A stretch of DNA of 64,000 nucleotides from Antedon mediterranea (GCF_964355755.1 NC_092675.1:25392912-25456911), one strand, 5' to 3'. Numbered from the stretch's first letter, positions 14,485 through 29,485 are shown. The notes: generated by a model not told the origin, from the sequence alone. Made by a program: numbers and translations.

Positions 14485-16310
14485 TATGTATCTTCATTTG
14501 TAACTTCAATTACCGTATTTCAAATAATTAATAGTTTCCTACTACACACAGTACTAAAAGATTCGTAATTCGAATATCAAACCAAAATAATTTTATTGCA
14601 AAATCTGGTTTTAGGTATATCATGCTGGCTGTTCCATGACATCATCTGTTCACCACGCCTATCACACGTTGAAGTACCGTCTTCTATCGCTATGTGAAAC
14701 ATGATCGGCAACAGTCATGGCGAAGCCATGTGTAATCTAGACTTTCCAACTGTGTTATGGCATAGCTAGACACTGTCGTAGAGTGTGGCTTTCAATTTGA
14801 TCAAATGCCTGATACTTAAAAACAACATTTCATGACAACTAAAAACATTTTTAATAGAGAGAAAAAGGTTTTACAAAACTGTAGTAGCCTATACATTCTG
14901 ATCATAAACAACATTGAATGTTAGCAACAAAACTTTAAGACTTAAATAACCATAAATTATTACATTATTATACATCATATGGATACAAAAATAATTTTTT
15001 TCTTTTATTGAACATAGTTTTAAAATGGCAGGCAGTTTCAAAACGCAATTAATATGCTAGTCAGATGCTGCCTATCTGTCAGTTCATAATTGGGTCTATA
15101 AAAGTAGGTTTTAAACTAAAGTACTGTATATAAAACTACCAGTACTAATATAAAAAACATACCAAGCTTTACTCTTAAAATTTTACTGATTGATTGCTTG
15201 ATGGAAATAGAATGTCTACCCAAGAAAAGCCGAATAGATCATGAAGATGAGCTAAAGGCAACTCCCAATACTCATGTTTATAAATCTAAAGTACTGTAAG
15301 TTATAAACCTAAGTTAAGAGTCAAGGTAAAAGTACAGTAGCATGGAATTGGGTTAATATGGATATTGATAAATAATTCATATTCTGATATTGTAGGATGT
15401 AAAACAAAATTAAAATAATTGTTTAAATCATCTTTAATTGGTCTAAATAAACAGGTAAACTAATTCAGATTGACTGTTTATTAATTGCTAACGACTACCA
15501 CAACCTCAGGCAAAACTTGAACAGACTTTTAACTTGTTTCTTAAGAAAATTACAAAATAATTCATCAATTTTAATTATATTTAATTGACTTTAAGTAAAC
15601 AGTCTGTTTTTATTAATCTGAATGATTGAATTAAATAAGAAGTGGCTATTGACCACCCACCCCCTCCAGGCATATCTTGGGTGGAACTTTAAACTACGCC
15701 CTTTTTGTGACTGTATAGGAAACTATGACAGTTAATAAAACAATTTTTCTAAAATGACTAAAAATTCAACGATAATCAAATTACTATTAACGAGCCATTA
15801 CTACTGAACTGTTCATGATGTTTAAAGAAATTGATTGCAAATAGACGGACCTGGATGTCATTTTATTACATCATAAAAAAAATGTTATTATAAAATGTAA
15901 ATACAATGTTTTTATTTTAAAGATTTTTGGACCAAGAAGATATGAAGAGCATACATGCCGGTATCTGAAGTTGAAATGACGACTGATGGTTGGTTTAGAA
16001 AAGTATTTATACTACTGTGTAAACTATGTATCTCACTCTATCACATCAACCTTTCACTAATGTTCATTCTCTCCATCTTGTCATCACCTTGTTTGATAGT
16101 CATGCACTTATTCCTTCTGAAGGTCAAGTTTTTCAATACAAATCTACTATAAATGGTTTACAAGTAATTACTACAACAAACAAGAGTTTCAGACATTTCT
16201 TGTGACCTTGTCAGGCTACTGTAGGACATAATATAATCACTCTTTCTTTTTACCATTAAACAACTAACTGTAAAATGTGTAAAGGTTTAGTCTAAAGTTT
16301 ATATATTTTA

Positions 16311-16561
16311 GACTATGTTCACACTGATGGTGCAATGGAGTACAACGATAGCAAGGAAAAACATGAGTTCTGACAAGTAGTATTGTTACAATGGAAGCTT
16401 CTTCATTCAGGATGATTCCCGTTGTTATAGTATGTTCCGATTGGAATTACACTAGTGTCTTAAAACAGTACACCTACACTAGTTTTTCAGTAATATGGAT
16501 GCGCATTGTAAGACACATTGTCGTCCTAGTATACTAAAACTTCATCAGTGTGAACAGGGCC
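16311..16561. mobile_element. Tourist/Harbinger-type MITE
   Basis: 19-bp TIRs GACTATGTTCACACTGATG / CATCAGTGTGAACAGGGCC (3 mismatches), flanked on both sides by TTA (3-bp TSD). Confidence 0.75.
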
Positions 16562-19500
16562 TTAATTTACACCTGTAAATGAAATTTAAATTACTACTGT
16601 ATTGTAATTTTTCAATCTATTTATTGCTATAAATTAAATCAAACCAAACATATTGTACTTGGTAATATCAAGATATGAAGAATAACATAAACTTCAATGA
16701 TGTATCATACAAAATCTACAAAATCATAATAACAGTATATTGTCTTGAAACCACCCTTGAAATGTGTGACTGTACTGTATTACATTCAATATTAAGCATA
16801 ACAAAATTTATACTGTATATGACAAGGAATTGTTGTAGATTAAAGACAGTAGTCAGTAACACATGTATAGACACATGTAATCTTCTTCATGAATGATCAA
16901 TGAGTGTAGAGCCATGAAGATCATACACACAGATCCTACTCAGTTCACTCTAGTTAAAAAGGTTTAAATGCATTCAACTATTAAGATACGTTATTTGACA
17001 GATATACTTATAGTGATAAAATGAATGTATGGATAGGGCCATTGTCAAGGCTCCACATTGGCGTCCAACAGCAGATAGCCACCGGAATTGATAGGATTTA
17101 TTATTATTATTTATAATTATGAATGGTACGGATTAACTTTAATATTGATCATCGAAGATGTCATTTTTAAATTTACTATTTTAAAACAGTGTACACAAAT
17201 GTGGTTAACACAAAAATTTACATTATTGTTTTGTTAGTGTTTCCATTTCTATTTAAGATGTTTAAGAACATATTAAATCATGTTTTGTTAATTTATTTAC
17301 AAGAATATGATATTTGTTATCAAGTTAAAACATATGTATAGGAAATCATATACACTAATTAATTTCAAGTTTTTATCAAAAGTGAAATAATTGGTTCAAT
17401 AGAAAGTAATTCAGGAAGTGATTACTGGTAAATAAGTGGGAAAACTTAGATTACTGTTTAGAATTACTATCAATAGTCTTAAGGTTCAAATCTAAGAATG
17501 TCTCTTTAAATATTGTTTCTTAATTACATCTTTCGAAACAATGCTCAATATAAAATTCCATCGTTTGTTGGTATGTAAATCAGTTACCGATTAACAAAGT
17601 TATACCTACAGGCAAAATTCAAGATATAAAAAAAGTGGAAAAAATTTATGATTAAGCCTCAGGGAGAAATCTAAACTCATGATTCATTCGTTATTATAAA
17701 GATGACTTATATGATGCTGTTTGGGACGCACGTTTGCCTCGCACCGGCTAGCCTCCAAGAGGATACATACTATCCTGCTGTTTAATAAATAAATTCAACT
17801 CCTTTGGGGAATAATAAAGTCTACAATTCCTTTGAGTCATCCAGCATTAACTGGGATTACGAATGCATTGCTCCCCCATAACTGAAATTTACACACAAAT
17901 CGTAGACACTTTGACTGTTAAAACAAAGGATAGTAAACTTAATGATCACCAGTTCACATCTCCAAATCTCTAAATTAATGATTCTACTAAAAATGTGGTA
18001 ATTAAAAGAAAATAAATTTGAACTCAAATTTGTATTTATAACGTAAAATCTAAAAACATTCTAAGACTAAATGACAGATTATTTGCATAAAAAAAACATT
18101 GCAACTGTCTTGAGTGAATCACAGGTCTAAAAATAAAACTCAAAGGGCATGGTTTCTATTTAAAAAAATTTGATTTTAATTAGAGAATTTAAAGATTAAT
18201 TTATTTTGGCATCCATTGAATTAAGGAAAGCTATCTTAATTTGAAGATTTTTAAAATATAAGGAGTCATTTGCGAGATATTTAATCTTAACATAGCGAGT
18301 ATTTACTTAATGCAACTATTTATTATATATAAAAATTACAAATTTAATATATTATTTCATCATTTTTAATAAGATATGTTTCACTAATTTAAGATTAATA
18401 AATGATTTTAGAATACAAAGTATAATTAATAAAATACCATTATGGAAAATTATTATAACAAAAACAAATTTTCACAAACAACTTTAAACAAGCCGGAAGT
18501 ATGTTATCAATTAATTACAGGCCATACCACCCTTCAAGAAACATAACAAGGCTAAGTAATCTGTAATTAAAATTTACAGATTTAATTGGCATTGCTCAAA
18601 GCAATTCTATCATAACACCCTCAAATATAATTCTCTCAACAGGAATAGCCCCAGAATACGACATCAAGTTTATTACTGATTTCCTTTAGATAAAGTTTTA
18701 TAGCGTAAAGCTACTGTTGCTGGTGGAATTATTTTTACAGTGGATAGTATTTTACTTACTGTGGAATAGAGTATGGTAATTAATTTGTATATTTCTGCTG
18801 AATAATGCACACAAGTTGATATATCACTTTCCTCTCCCACCCTCCAGACAACCCTTTTGCAAAACCACGGAATAAATTAATTTGTATTGGCCATTGGTCT
18901 TGATTCTGCCAAGAATTAGAAGAATTAAGAAATTCTTAATAATAACCAGTTATTTTTCACAGTAATAAAGTCTTCATTTTCTAATTACAAAGCTCCTAAT
19001 TTGATTGACAGGCTTACATTATCATTAAAAAAAAATTCTTTTAAACCCAAAATGATTTGTTGAAACAATGAAGGTTCTTCAGTAGATCAGGTAATAAAAT
19101 GCACATATTATACTAAGGGGTTGCAGTGCAATGCTGGTACCAGTCTAGCCAAACAGTAATGATGTACAGTATCACCATTTTTATTTTAAACATATTTTGT
19201 GGCAGATTCAAAAGTCATAAGCCTAGTTCAAAAAGTACAAACTTTCTCTATCTCTCTCACATGTCATCCCAACGATACTGTTGAACTATATAGTCTATAG
19301 AAACAGAAACAGAGTAGTCCTACTAGTACAAGTCATTCACCTAATGCGGCATTCTATATTAAAGTACCTGATGAAAATTCAATAATAACTTGCTAAAAGT
19401 AGTGTTAAATTTACATTGGACAGAAATACAAACTATTGAATACTAATGTCACTGAACCCAAATATCGAATTGGTAATTTATTTAATTTTTCAACACTGGC

Positions 19501-20420
19501 TCTGGGACCAGTTAACAAGTGCTGTTCTCGTGTTGGGCCCCAAGACATTTCATAATCCATTACCTAATGAATCACATGACATAATTCATAAAATGTGTTA
19601 ATGCATCCAACAAATGGGAAAATGTTTGTGTCTAAATCATGTTTCTTAAGACACATAGGTATGATTAGTAAAAAGGAACAATTGCAATCATGAATAGTAC
19701 ATAGACAATTTAATCAAATGTGAAATGTTTGCGGTTACTTCTCAATACTCATTATTGTTTCATTTTTATGGGTTTACCAAAGAAAACTTTGAAAGGAATA
19801 TCTATACTCTTTCAATCAATGTCACACATCTTAAAACACGATATTTCAGTTCATTCAAACTAAATGTTTACAAATCTAGAAAATAATGGTGCATGTGTGA
19901 TGCTTAATTTTTCTTGGCGGGAGTGGGAAGAGGTTGTTTAAATAATGTTCTTGTCACCTCAGAAGAGTGAACAATTCTTGGCATTGGCCTAAATAAAATA
20001 TATTTTTGAGGTTATATAGAAAAAGAATATGTCTGTAAGGTAAAGTTTAGGCTCAAAATTGATAAATATATATAATAGAGTTACATTTATATCCTACCTG
20101 TCATTCATTCATTCATTGCAAGCCATATACCTCCATGCAATGAATGTATATAAATATTAATGTCATGTTTTCTTGTAATTGTTCAATAAATCTCGTAAGA
20201 TATGTCTGTGAATTCAACATACCTCACTTTACACGCTGAATTGCTCATATCAATCTTTTCTTTAATGCAAACATGAAAAATAAAACTACTTTAAGTATGT
20301 CTTGATTTAACTAGGTCAGGCTATAAGTAATGTGAAAGAATACAGCAAAAATAGAAATATTAGTTTCATTAGGGATTAGGGTTTAGAATCACATTTAGAA
20401 AGAACAGGCATATATTATAT

Positions 20421-21015
20421 CAGGCCCGTATGCAGCATTTATAATGGGGGGGTGCGAGCGAAGCGAGCAACAATGGCTGGGGGCCAGGGGGCCGGCAAGG
20501 GTCATGGTCCAGGGGCCAAAGGCCCCGGCAAAATTTGCGTTATTTGATGTTCTAAAGACTGATTTAAGGCTCTTTGTTGTGGCTTGGGCTAGTTGAACGA
20601 TGGACTCCAGAACTTAACGCTTTCATGATGTTTAGGCGCCGTATTCGATAGTGTCTGTATTTCCAGACACGTCTTTACCGCCGGTAAAGTTGTCTGTATT
20701 TCCAGCAAACACTTTACCGCATACCGCGTACATGAAGCGCTAAGCTATTGCTTGTCGTTACATGATCGACTGCGCATGTTTTACATCGAGTTTGTAGTCA
20801 GTTCAGATTCAGTAATTTAATTACCGGTATTTTTTCATTTTATATTAACATATTTTTGTTTGTATACCATTGATAATGTAAATTTTGTATATATATAATG
20901 ATATTGTCTTTAGTTAAACAAGACAAGAAAAAATACAAACCGAGGAAATAGTGGACCTTTTGGGACTTGGAGGGGTGCGTTTGCACCCAACGCAACCCCC
21001 CTGGATACGGGCCTG
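20421..21015. mobile_element. Non-autonomous DNA transposon, hAT-like termini
   Basis: 15-bp TIRs CAGGCCCGTATGCAG / CTGGATACGGGCCTG (1 mismatch), GC-rich subtermini, TATAT on both flanks. A canonical 8-bp hAT TSD is not exact, so the superfamily is uncertain. Confidence 0.75.
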
Positions 21016-21520
21016 TATATTAACCAACTTTAGTAAAATTAGTATAAACAGAGAGTTAAAAACTAACATGACTAGGTACTCTATACAGTACAACTATATT
21101 TCAATCCTTGAGGGCAGTGTTGATTTAATCTAAATACAGATGTATCATTTCAACATAATTAAATTATATATTCTAGCTAGCGGCAGATAATTTCAATTGT
21201 TATATATCAGAAACAATACATAATTTATATTCTGTAAACGTTTCTTTTCTATAATTACTACTCATGAAAACTCTTAATTTCACAATCATTTTTTACAAAA
21301 TTGTGGATATTTAAAAATTAAAACCTTTACCTATTATTAAATTCAATTTTCTACCCTTCTAATTGGTTACTGATTGTCACTTATTCCATATGTTGCTACA
21401 CCATCTATCCACTTCTTCCGGTCTTGCGTCTCTAAGCCGATTTCATGCTTTCTCTACCACATCTTTTCACATCACCATTGCCCATCACTTTAATAATTAA
21501 AGTTCTCCTATATATGCCAA

Positions 21521-22100
21521 AGCAAACTCAACATCAGAGGAGGGACAGAGGAAGATGTTAAATGAAGGATTGGGAAAGCACAGGTGGCTTTCAATATACT
21601 AACAAAAGTATGGAAGGCAAGATACATCAGCACAGAAACAAAGATCAAAATATTCAACTCAAATATCAAATCAGTACTGTTATATGGATCAGAAACATGG
21701 AGAACTACTAATCAAATAATAAAAAAAAGTGTTCATCAATAAATGTCTGAGAAGGATTCTCAGAATATGGTGGCCAGAAAAAATAAGAAATGAGGATCTC
21801 TGGGTTAGAACTGGACAAGAGCCAGTGGAAATTGCAATTAGCAGAAGGAAATGGAATGGTCACACACTAAGGAAACCAAAACACAACATAACTAGGCATG
21901 CCCTAACATGGAATCCCCAAGGAAAACGAAAAAAAGGACGCCCAAGGAACACATGGAGGAGGGAACTGGATAAGGAGGTGAAGGATGCTGGCTATAACTG
22001 GACAGAGGTGGAAGGAATTGCCCAGAACCGTGTCAGATGGAGACGTGTAGTTGATGGCCTATGCACTGCTAGGTGTAACTTAAGGCTTAAGTAAAGTAAG
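21521..22100 (+). mobile_element. 5'-truncated RTE-clade non-LTR retrotransposon (ORF2 C-terminus)
   Basis: Translation KIKIFNSNIKSVLLYGSETW...KCLRRILRIWWPEKIRNEDLW...WNPQGKRKKGRPRNTWRR...AQNRVRWR is characteristic of RTE. 3' tail TAAGTAAAGTAAG. 12-bp TSD TATATATGCCAA at 21509-21520 and 22101-22112. Confidence 0.9.
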
Positions 22101-24676
22101 TATATATGCCAAGCGTTAGATTTTCTGATTTTCACAGAGTTTAATAATTATTTGATTTACTGATGCTAATGTTTGCAACAATTTTTGTACAAATTGAAAT
22201 GCTCCAATTCTGATTTCTTACAGACACCAGTCTCCATTTATGCAGGGTTTTTCATTGAAGAACAAGACTGATTTCTTAATCAGATTCCTTAATGTAAATC
22301 TAATACCTTTACATTCACTTTCAAAATCTACACATATTTAACACACATCCTACTGATGTTTTAATAAGAATTTTTGAAGTTTCAACATGGTTTTTATGTT
22401 TTCTAATTTGGAAACTTTCATTTTGTAGATTTGTACTCAAGAAGCCAAGATTGTTAATAAAGGGTTTTCTGAATCTTTTCAACCAGATAAAACATTAATA
22501 GGCAAGGAATAGCTAAACAATTAAAGATAAAAAAGGGAAAGTAAACTACAGTATTTTACTCCACTAACGTTTACTACAGTAGGTAACACTATCACTGTTA
22601 TATCCATAAAATATCTCAATTGAATCAACTATGAATATACTTGTAATCACTTTTAAATCTAATTCGAACAGGTAAACATTTATCTTTTAACTACAAATTA
22701 AAAATGTATTTCTAATGTTTTCGAAATGCTTAGCATAAAAAAAAGGATTTTATTCATTGACAAAATGATTTCATATGGCAGGATAATATCAACTTCAACA
22801 AAAGCACAAATTTATTCCAAATCATGATTGATAACTTGTTTTTTTAAATGTAAAACACTGATTGCATTCTATGGTACAGATTATTTCTATCTATGAACAT
22901 GGAAATACGAAATGAAATGCATGATTGAATCCAACAAGGGATACAGCAGTAGTGATAGCCCAGAAAATATGACCCATCTAGTATAGAAAGTTTTAAGATA
23001 ATAAGAATGTCTGATTGTTAAATGATTAATAGTTATTTGAAATAATTACTGAGACAGAACCATTTCATTAAAATTATGTTCTGTAGAAGTGAATACTACT
23101 ACAATGCTCAAGGCACTATTTAAATAATATCTGAAACTACTCACTGTGGAATTTAAATACAGGAGAACTGCAGATAAGTTAAATTTCTGTGCAAGTATAC
23201 ACTACCTACATAGGAGTTTCTGTATAATTTTATTTTAAAGGTAGGATAGTCTCCCTTCCATACCATGACTCTTGTCCACACTACACTCCACAAGAGTCCC
23301 TTACCTCTATATTATCACCTTTCTTCTTCATAACCCCCTTCCCATCTAAACAACATCCTCCCTCCTAGATATTCCTCAAGACTTAGTTTTGATATACAAT
23401 CCCAATTATTTTCAGTTTTCAATCTTTAAACATACCTATAACGCAGCCCCTATAATATTCACACCTTGCCTGGAAATTATGCAATCGATAATGAATGGTA
23501 ATCTCAGACTAAGGTATATTATATCAGTAGTCACTGTAATGTAAGCCATTTAAGTCCCATTATGAAATGCTTACATCGTATTCTCTTTAGATTTATGCAC
23601 AAAACAAGACAGAATAAATTCTATCGTTTTTTGCAAGATAACATTTGAACTAGTATTTCAATTGACAATTAGACATTCAGAAAAAAATGTAATTACTGTA
23701 TTTAATTATAGGTTTTACATATTACATTGACCATTTTATAGTAAGATTAAAAATAGTTTATGTTAAAATCCAGTTATATTAGAACATTTTATTTAAAATT
23801 TTTTAATATAACCGAATTTAATATAAATCTAAAATGTGTAATAAGAACTCAAATGTAGTAACCGAGTTGCAACAGGAACTTAAGCATAGAAGTTTAGAAC
23901 AATTCGCCATTTTTCAGGGAAATCAAGAAGAATTTATATATAAAGTGGTCTTGACTAAGTAATTTGTTTTAAAAGGTTAAGAAAACTGTTTTTGAGTATA
24001 TTTTGTGTATTGTCAGCATTAAATTTCAAATATGTATTAATAGAAAATATTATTGAATAAAGTTTCTGAAAGGAAAAAAAAAACAACAAAACAAATGTTT
24101 TTTATTTAAAGTAAAATTACCCTTCAAAATAATTAGCCTAGAAACATGTTTATTTTTTTCAAATAATGTATTAACTTCAGTTGTACATAGAAGCAATATA
24201 AGACAGGTCTCAAACACATGCCTCTTATCTTACAGTTCAATTCACTTTACTACATTCCCACTCACTTTATCACACTCCTACGTTATTTTAATGGAAAAGG
24301 TACAACAGCCTTAACGCATTGGGAAAACTAGAAGGTGCCCAGCACAAATGGCACGAGTATGATCAGTCTCATTTTTTTAGGAGAAAAAAAGTACTACTAA
24401 TATTAATATAATATTACTATAGGAAACACATCAAGGGTAAGTTAATTTTATGTACTTTTATACTGCCTCATGAGGCCACCTTACATTAACAAAATAAGAT
24501 TAACTGATGAAGTGAAAGTTACATATCCTTTTAAAAGATAAAATTTGCTATCTTCTTGACCCAATTTGTAAGCATGTTATGTTAAATAAATATAATCCCA
24601 TTGCTAATATTATATTTCCTTAAAAATTAAATATAAAGTACATATTACATCATCTGTTAAAAATCAAACTTTTTTC

Positions 24677-25185
24677 TTTTTTTTCAATTTAAGAATGCTA
24701 AACTTTGAAGGTTCTCCTGAGACAAGTAACAGTCCCAGTGCCAAATTTGGTTTAGAATACTACTGAACAGGACAACTATATAAATAAGTGAACAGTTTTT
24801 AAAAATAAATAGCGTAGTAGTTATGTAGCTCAACAATAAAACATGAAACAAAGTAACACAAGCAAAGAGCAAAAGGTTTGACATACTGCAGACAAAAGAA
24901 CATTGCATTCAAGTTTGTTGTACACCATTTTTTTTTTCAATTTAAGAATGCTAAACTTTGAAGGTTCTCCTGAGACAAGTAACAGTCCCAGTGCCAAATT
25001 TGGTTTAGAATACTACTGAACAGGACAACTATATAAATAAGTGAACAGTTTTTAAAAATAAATAGCGTAGTAGTTATGTAGCTCAACAATAAAACATGAA
25101 ACAAAGTAACACAAGCAAAGAGCAAAAGGTTTGACATACTGCAGACAAAAGAACATTGCATTCAAGTTTGTTGTACACCATTTTT
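24677..25185. repeat. Apparently perfect 253-bp tandem duplication
   Basis: Identical ORF translations at 24684-24908 and 24937-25161. Units are bounded by poly-T runs. Confidence 0.95.
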
Positions 25186-28100
25186 GAAACACTGGAACAA
25201 TACAATATTTTGATATGGTATATATGTGTAAGTATTTACTTATGATGACCATTCGTTGGTATGGTGGTATTAATATATTATGGCTAAAATAATTATTTCA
25301 CACTTTTTGTTTGCCATCCTTCATTGCGGTTCCCATTCTGAAGCGATCACCTTGATTTTACACATTACATTTACAGAATCGTTTAGCCTAACTGCACACA
25401 TTAGTATTAAACAGATTATTCAACCTGTGTTGGTACTTTAAATTAAGCTTTTTAATGCATCAACCTTGATGTTAACAGCACAGTTTGTGTTACATTAATT
25501 TTGAATTCATTAAGCATTTAACTGGTTACAATTTCGCATCAATTCTTGTCAGGTTTTATTAAGTTTGTTCTTTTTTTTCCTTGTTAACTGGGCTAGTTGT
25601 ACATTTTTCTACAGGATTTTGTTAGGTTGTACTGTTGTACGGTTGTGTATAATGGCAATCCATGCTAATTCTTCTGTAACCAAAAACAATTCGAAAGAAT
25701 GAAGATTGGTTTTTACTTGTTACTTGACAAGTAATCTTCTAATACTTTATACAGAATTTATTTTTGTACACAAATATATTCCATTTTTTTTCCCAAACAA
25801 ATCTTTTGAAATCAAGTTAATGACCATCATCTATGTTGGTTGTTTCTTCACCTTGGGTTTCAAATGTTTGTATCAAAGATTTAATATAATCAGTAAATAA
25901 ACATTACTAAAAAAACATAAATTGTAAAATAAGCTGCTTTGATGTTGAGATTATTTCAATGTTATTCAAGGATCTGGGATCAACCCTTTGAATGTTTTCT
26001 AAATTAAAAAAGTAACTAACCTGTGTGTGATTCTTCTTTTCTTTGAAAAATGCTACTTTAATAATCATAAGAATCAAAATAATTCATGTAACAAAAAGGA
26101 TGTTATTCACAATTAATGACATTTATACTTTTATACAAAATGTAAATTCAAAACATAAATATGAAGATATATATTCCTAAACTTCTGCATGCTACAGTAG
26201 TTACCATGCAAATTTGTCACTCAACTATCAGTTGAAAATAAAATATCATGCTGGTGCAATTGAACAGTGTAAAAAATCACAGATATTAATAAGTTCCATG
26301 AATCTTGATGATTTTTAAGTGTTAATTGTCTACATAAATTTCAGTCAAGGAAATCTCTACAGAGATAAAAATTGCAAAATCACGGATACAAAAAAGAAAC
26401 TGAAGAAAACGTTTTTTCTACTTTGTCTAGTGGGAGACGTGAAGGTCCAGTTTTTTATACCCAGTCAATATTTATGTCATTTAAAAATTCTAAATTAGAG
26501 GTCTGGAGAATTTAATAACGCTAACTCATGCAATTATGACAGCCATAGCAGATTTTAATTAAAAAATTGACCTAATTAAAAGCACAAAGGTAAATAAGAC
26601 AGGCCATCCCTAGTCATTTGGTGATAGCAACCGTCATCGTAAGATCCCTTCCTACTTGCGTTTTCCCCTGCTTCAAAATGACAACTTAATTAGATTTTAT
26701 AAGACAACACTATATAGTGATACAAACAAGATTTCAAGCATTTTCTCACAAAACCCAAAAGTTCAATTGAAATTCCTTTAATTATTCATACTATGTCACT
26801 GTATTAATCTTTAAAATATGTTTTACTGTGTTGTATGAAAGAATAATCTTGAACCCGAGAATTGTTGGTAATATTATTGTTATTACTGGGATTAGCAACT
26901 AGTTTTTGTGTAGGAGAAACATGATGAAAGAATAAACATACAGTACCTTGAAAAATTACAATAATGAAAATTAAAGTGATTCATAAAGTAGGACAGGCGC
27001 AGAATATTTTAATCGCTAGATTAAATGTCAATGGTATTAACAGGCACGAAAAGCATAGGGTCTGTGGTTTGACCGTTTCCTGTGTTCACACATAAAGAAC
27101 ATGCCGCTCAAGAGTCTTGAACACGGACCAGAAAAGTAGAAGTAACCCTGGCCCTGGAGTGTAGATTGAGAACTGAAAGATATACTATGTAGTTCTACAA
27201 TGATAATAACTACACTCAGCTACAGTGGATATTATGATTAGAAGTGTAATATTTGCAATGATATTCAAAAAAATATGCAAATACTACCAAACTTGCAACC
27301 AATCAAAGTATGAGAATGAATTGCTCATTAGCTCTGGTATGGACTATACTATTATCCGACGGGGGTGTAATATTTTAATGTATATTACTGTTCTTTTTTT
27401 CATAATGTAATGTTGGTTTACACAATCTCACACTAATAAATCAGTTGAAGCTAAAGTGAAAGTTTGAATGCGACAAAACATTTTTTTTCTGATTATGAGA
27501 TCATTTTGAAAAAAAAAGAGCACACATCTATGTTTTTATTATCATTCAGCCTTCTAATCCTAAAAAAGTTGAACTTAACCCTCTAAACAAAAACCGAGAC
27601 TGTAATAAAAGAAATTTGATTTTTGTATGAACTGAAAAGTGTACAGGTTGTAAATAACATAATTAAAGATTACATGAATGGACTCTTTACAATATAAAAA
27701 GCTGATTTAATATATAATTTTCTAACTAACCACAAATCAATTAATCTTCAAACAATTAATTATAGCATTATTTTATCATACTTTCCTTTTACAGAACATT
27801 TTCAAATGTCACTTTGATGTACTGTAACATCATTTACTATCACATTGTAAAATCTCAAATCAATTATTTCAATTCTTTTCTAGAGTTGCGTTTCATCAGT
27901 CCAGCAATCATCAACTATCTTTTAATGTTTAAAAATACATACAATTTAGTGTAATGATAAAATGAATACCCTAAAGCCATCAACAAAATCTAAACTTAGT
28001 ATCAAATCAATTTCATTTTCAATTCATAATGTTCTACCTTATTTAAATACAATGTAAATATATCTGGTTAAGTTTATAATTTAAATTAGTTAATTTTTTT

Positions 28101-29329
28101 TATCCAGTTATCAGCTTATTTTTTTTTTTGCACTATTTTAAAATCATTTTCAAAATATCACTGCAATATAAAAATAAATGAATGATTCCACCGAACTTTC
28201 GAGTTAAAATAACTATAGTGAGGCATTTAATGGCATTAATTAACTGCCTTAAAATGTGACATGTTACGAGAAATATAAGAATAAAAGCAATAAAAGAGGT
28301 TTTAAAACAGTTGTCTAATATGAGAAGAAATGGATTTTAGGGACATAAACCCTTTGTTGAAAATGTTTACGATTTTTTAACAGTAGTATACTGTTAGCTC
28401 TTCACAGGCCATATGAAATGGCACTTACAGGCTGGATTTGGAATACAAGCCAACTGTTGAGAACTGAGGTAAATAGAATGTGACAAATATCAGAACATGC
28501 CTTAATAATATTACATTATAAAATCACAAAGTTAGTAAAATCTGTTGCATACTTTATACTTTGAATAAAAAATATATTAAAACCCCTTAAAATAGTGATA
28601 TCTCAAATTAGCCAATTACATCATAGCTTGAATCACTGCAGCAGAATAATGTTCCTTGGATTATATCATTATTGCAAATGTCTACAGACGATCGACCGAA
28701 TGTATTTCTGTAATGAATGTCTGGAATTAGTTGATGCGGAATGCTGTAACTTGTCAACTATCCTTCGTATTGATCGTACATTATGATTTATGATATGGCA
28801 GGCTAATAATTTGACACAGAATTTCATTATTTAACTCTTGTCAGGTTTTCTCTTTCATTTAGGTTTTAACAAGATAGTCAAAATGTGCATACTTTAAAGA
28901 CCCTAGCCATACAATATCTCAGCCTATACATTCACCAAGTGTATACTTAGCATATTTATTCGACCAGCTTAATTTGTACCTGCCAACCAACTTGTTGACA
29001 CCCCTACCCTATATTAAAGGAAAGGAACACCCTGGGCTAAATGTGCCACTGTGCTTATAGATAAATGTAATAAAAACATGATTACAATGGTTCAAGGTAC
29101 AATAGTAAGCAATTTAGTTAAATAATAGACTTTTAAACGACAAAATATCGGAAATTGAACAGCGCCATTTTGACAGGTTAAGAGCAATTATATGACGTCA
29201 GATTAGGTGGACGCATTCAAGCAAATCCAAGCGCCCATCGTCTTAGTACAGCATTTCAATATGGAAGTGCGGGATATAACCATAAATAAAATCAATTAAA
29301 TAGCCTAACATACCTAATATTTTCGGAAT

Positions 29330-29485
29330 ATGGCTTGGAGTTTTTATAATTCAAAAAAATTGGAACCAGAATATACAGAAAGAGAGTTAGTTTTGCATCG
29401 TGCTGATGAGGAAAAAAGAAGAGAAGAAGAACATTCTCGAGCATAACAAGTCGTCGAAGAATGGTGTACTTTCGGCCAGTGTATC
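29330..29485 (+). pseudogene. Relic of a P2X7-ballast/Nanor/KolX-like Cys-rich protein N-terminus
   Basis: Manual translation MAWSFYNSKKLEPEYTERELVLHRADEEKRREEEHSRA*QVVEEWCTFGQC resembles the FEPEY...WCxCGxC pattern, with an in-frame stop (29444) and an apparent C>F change. Confidence 0.55.
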
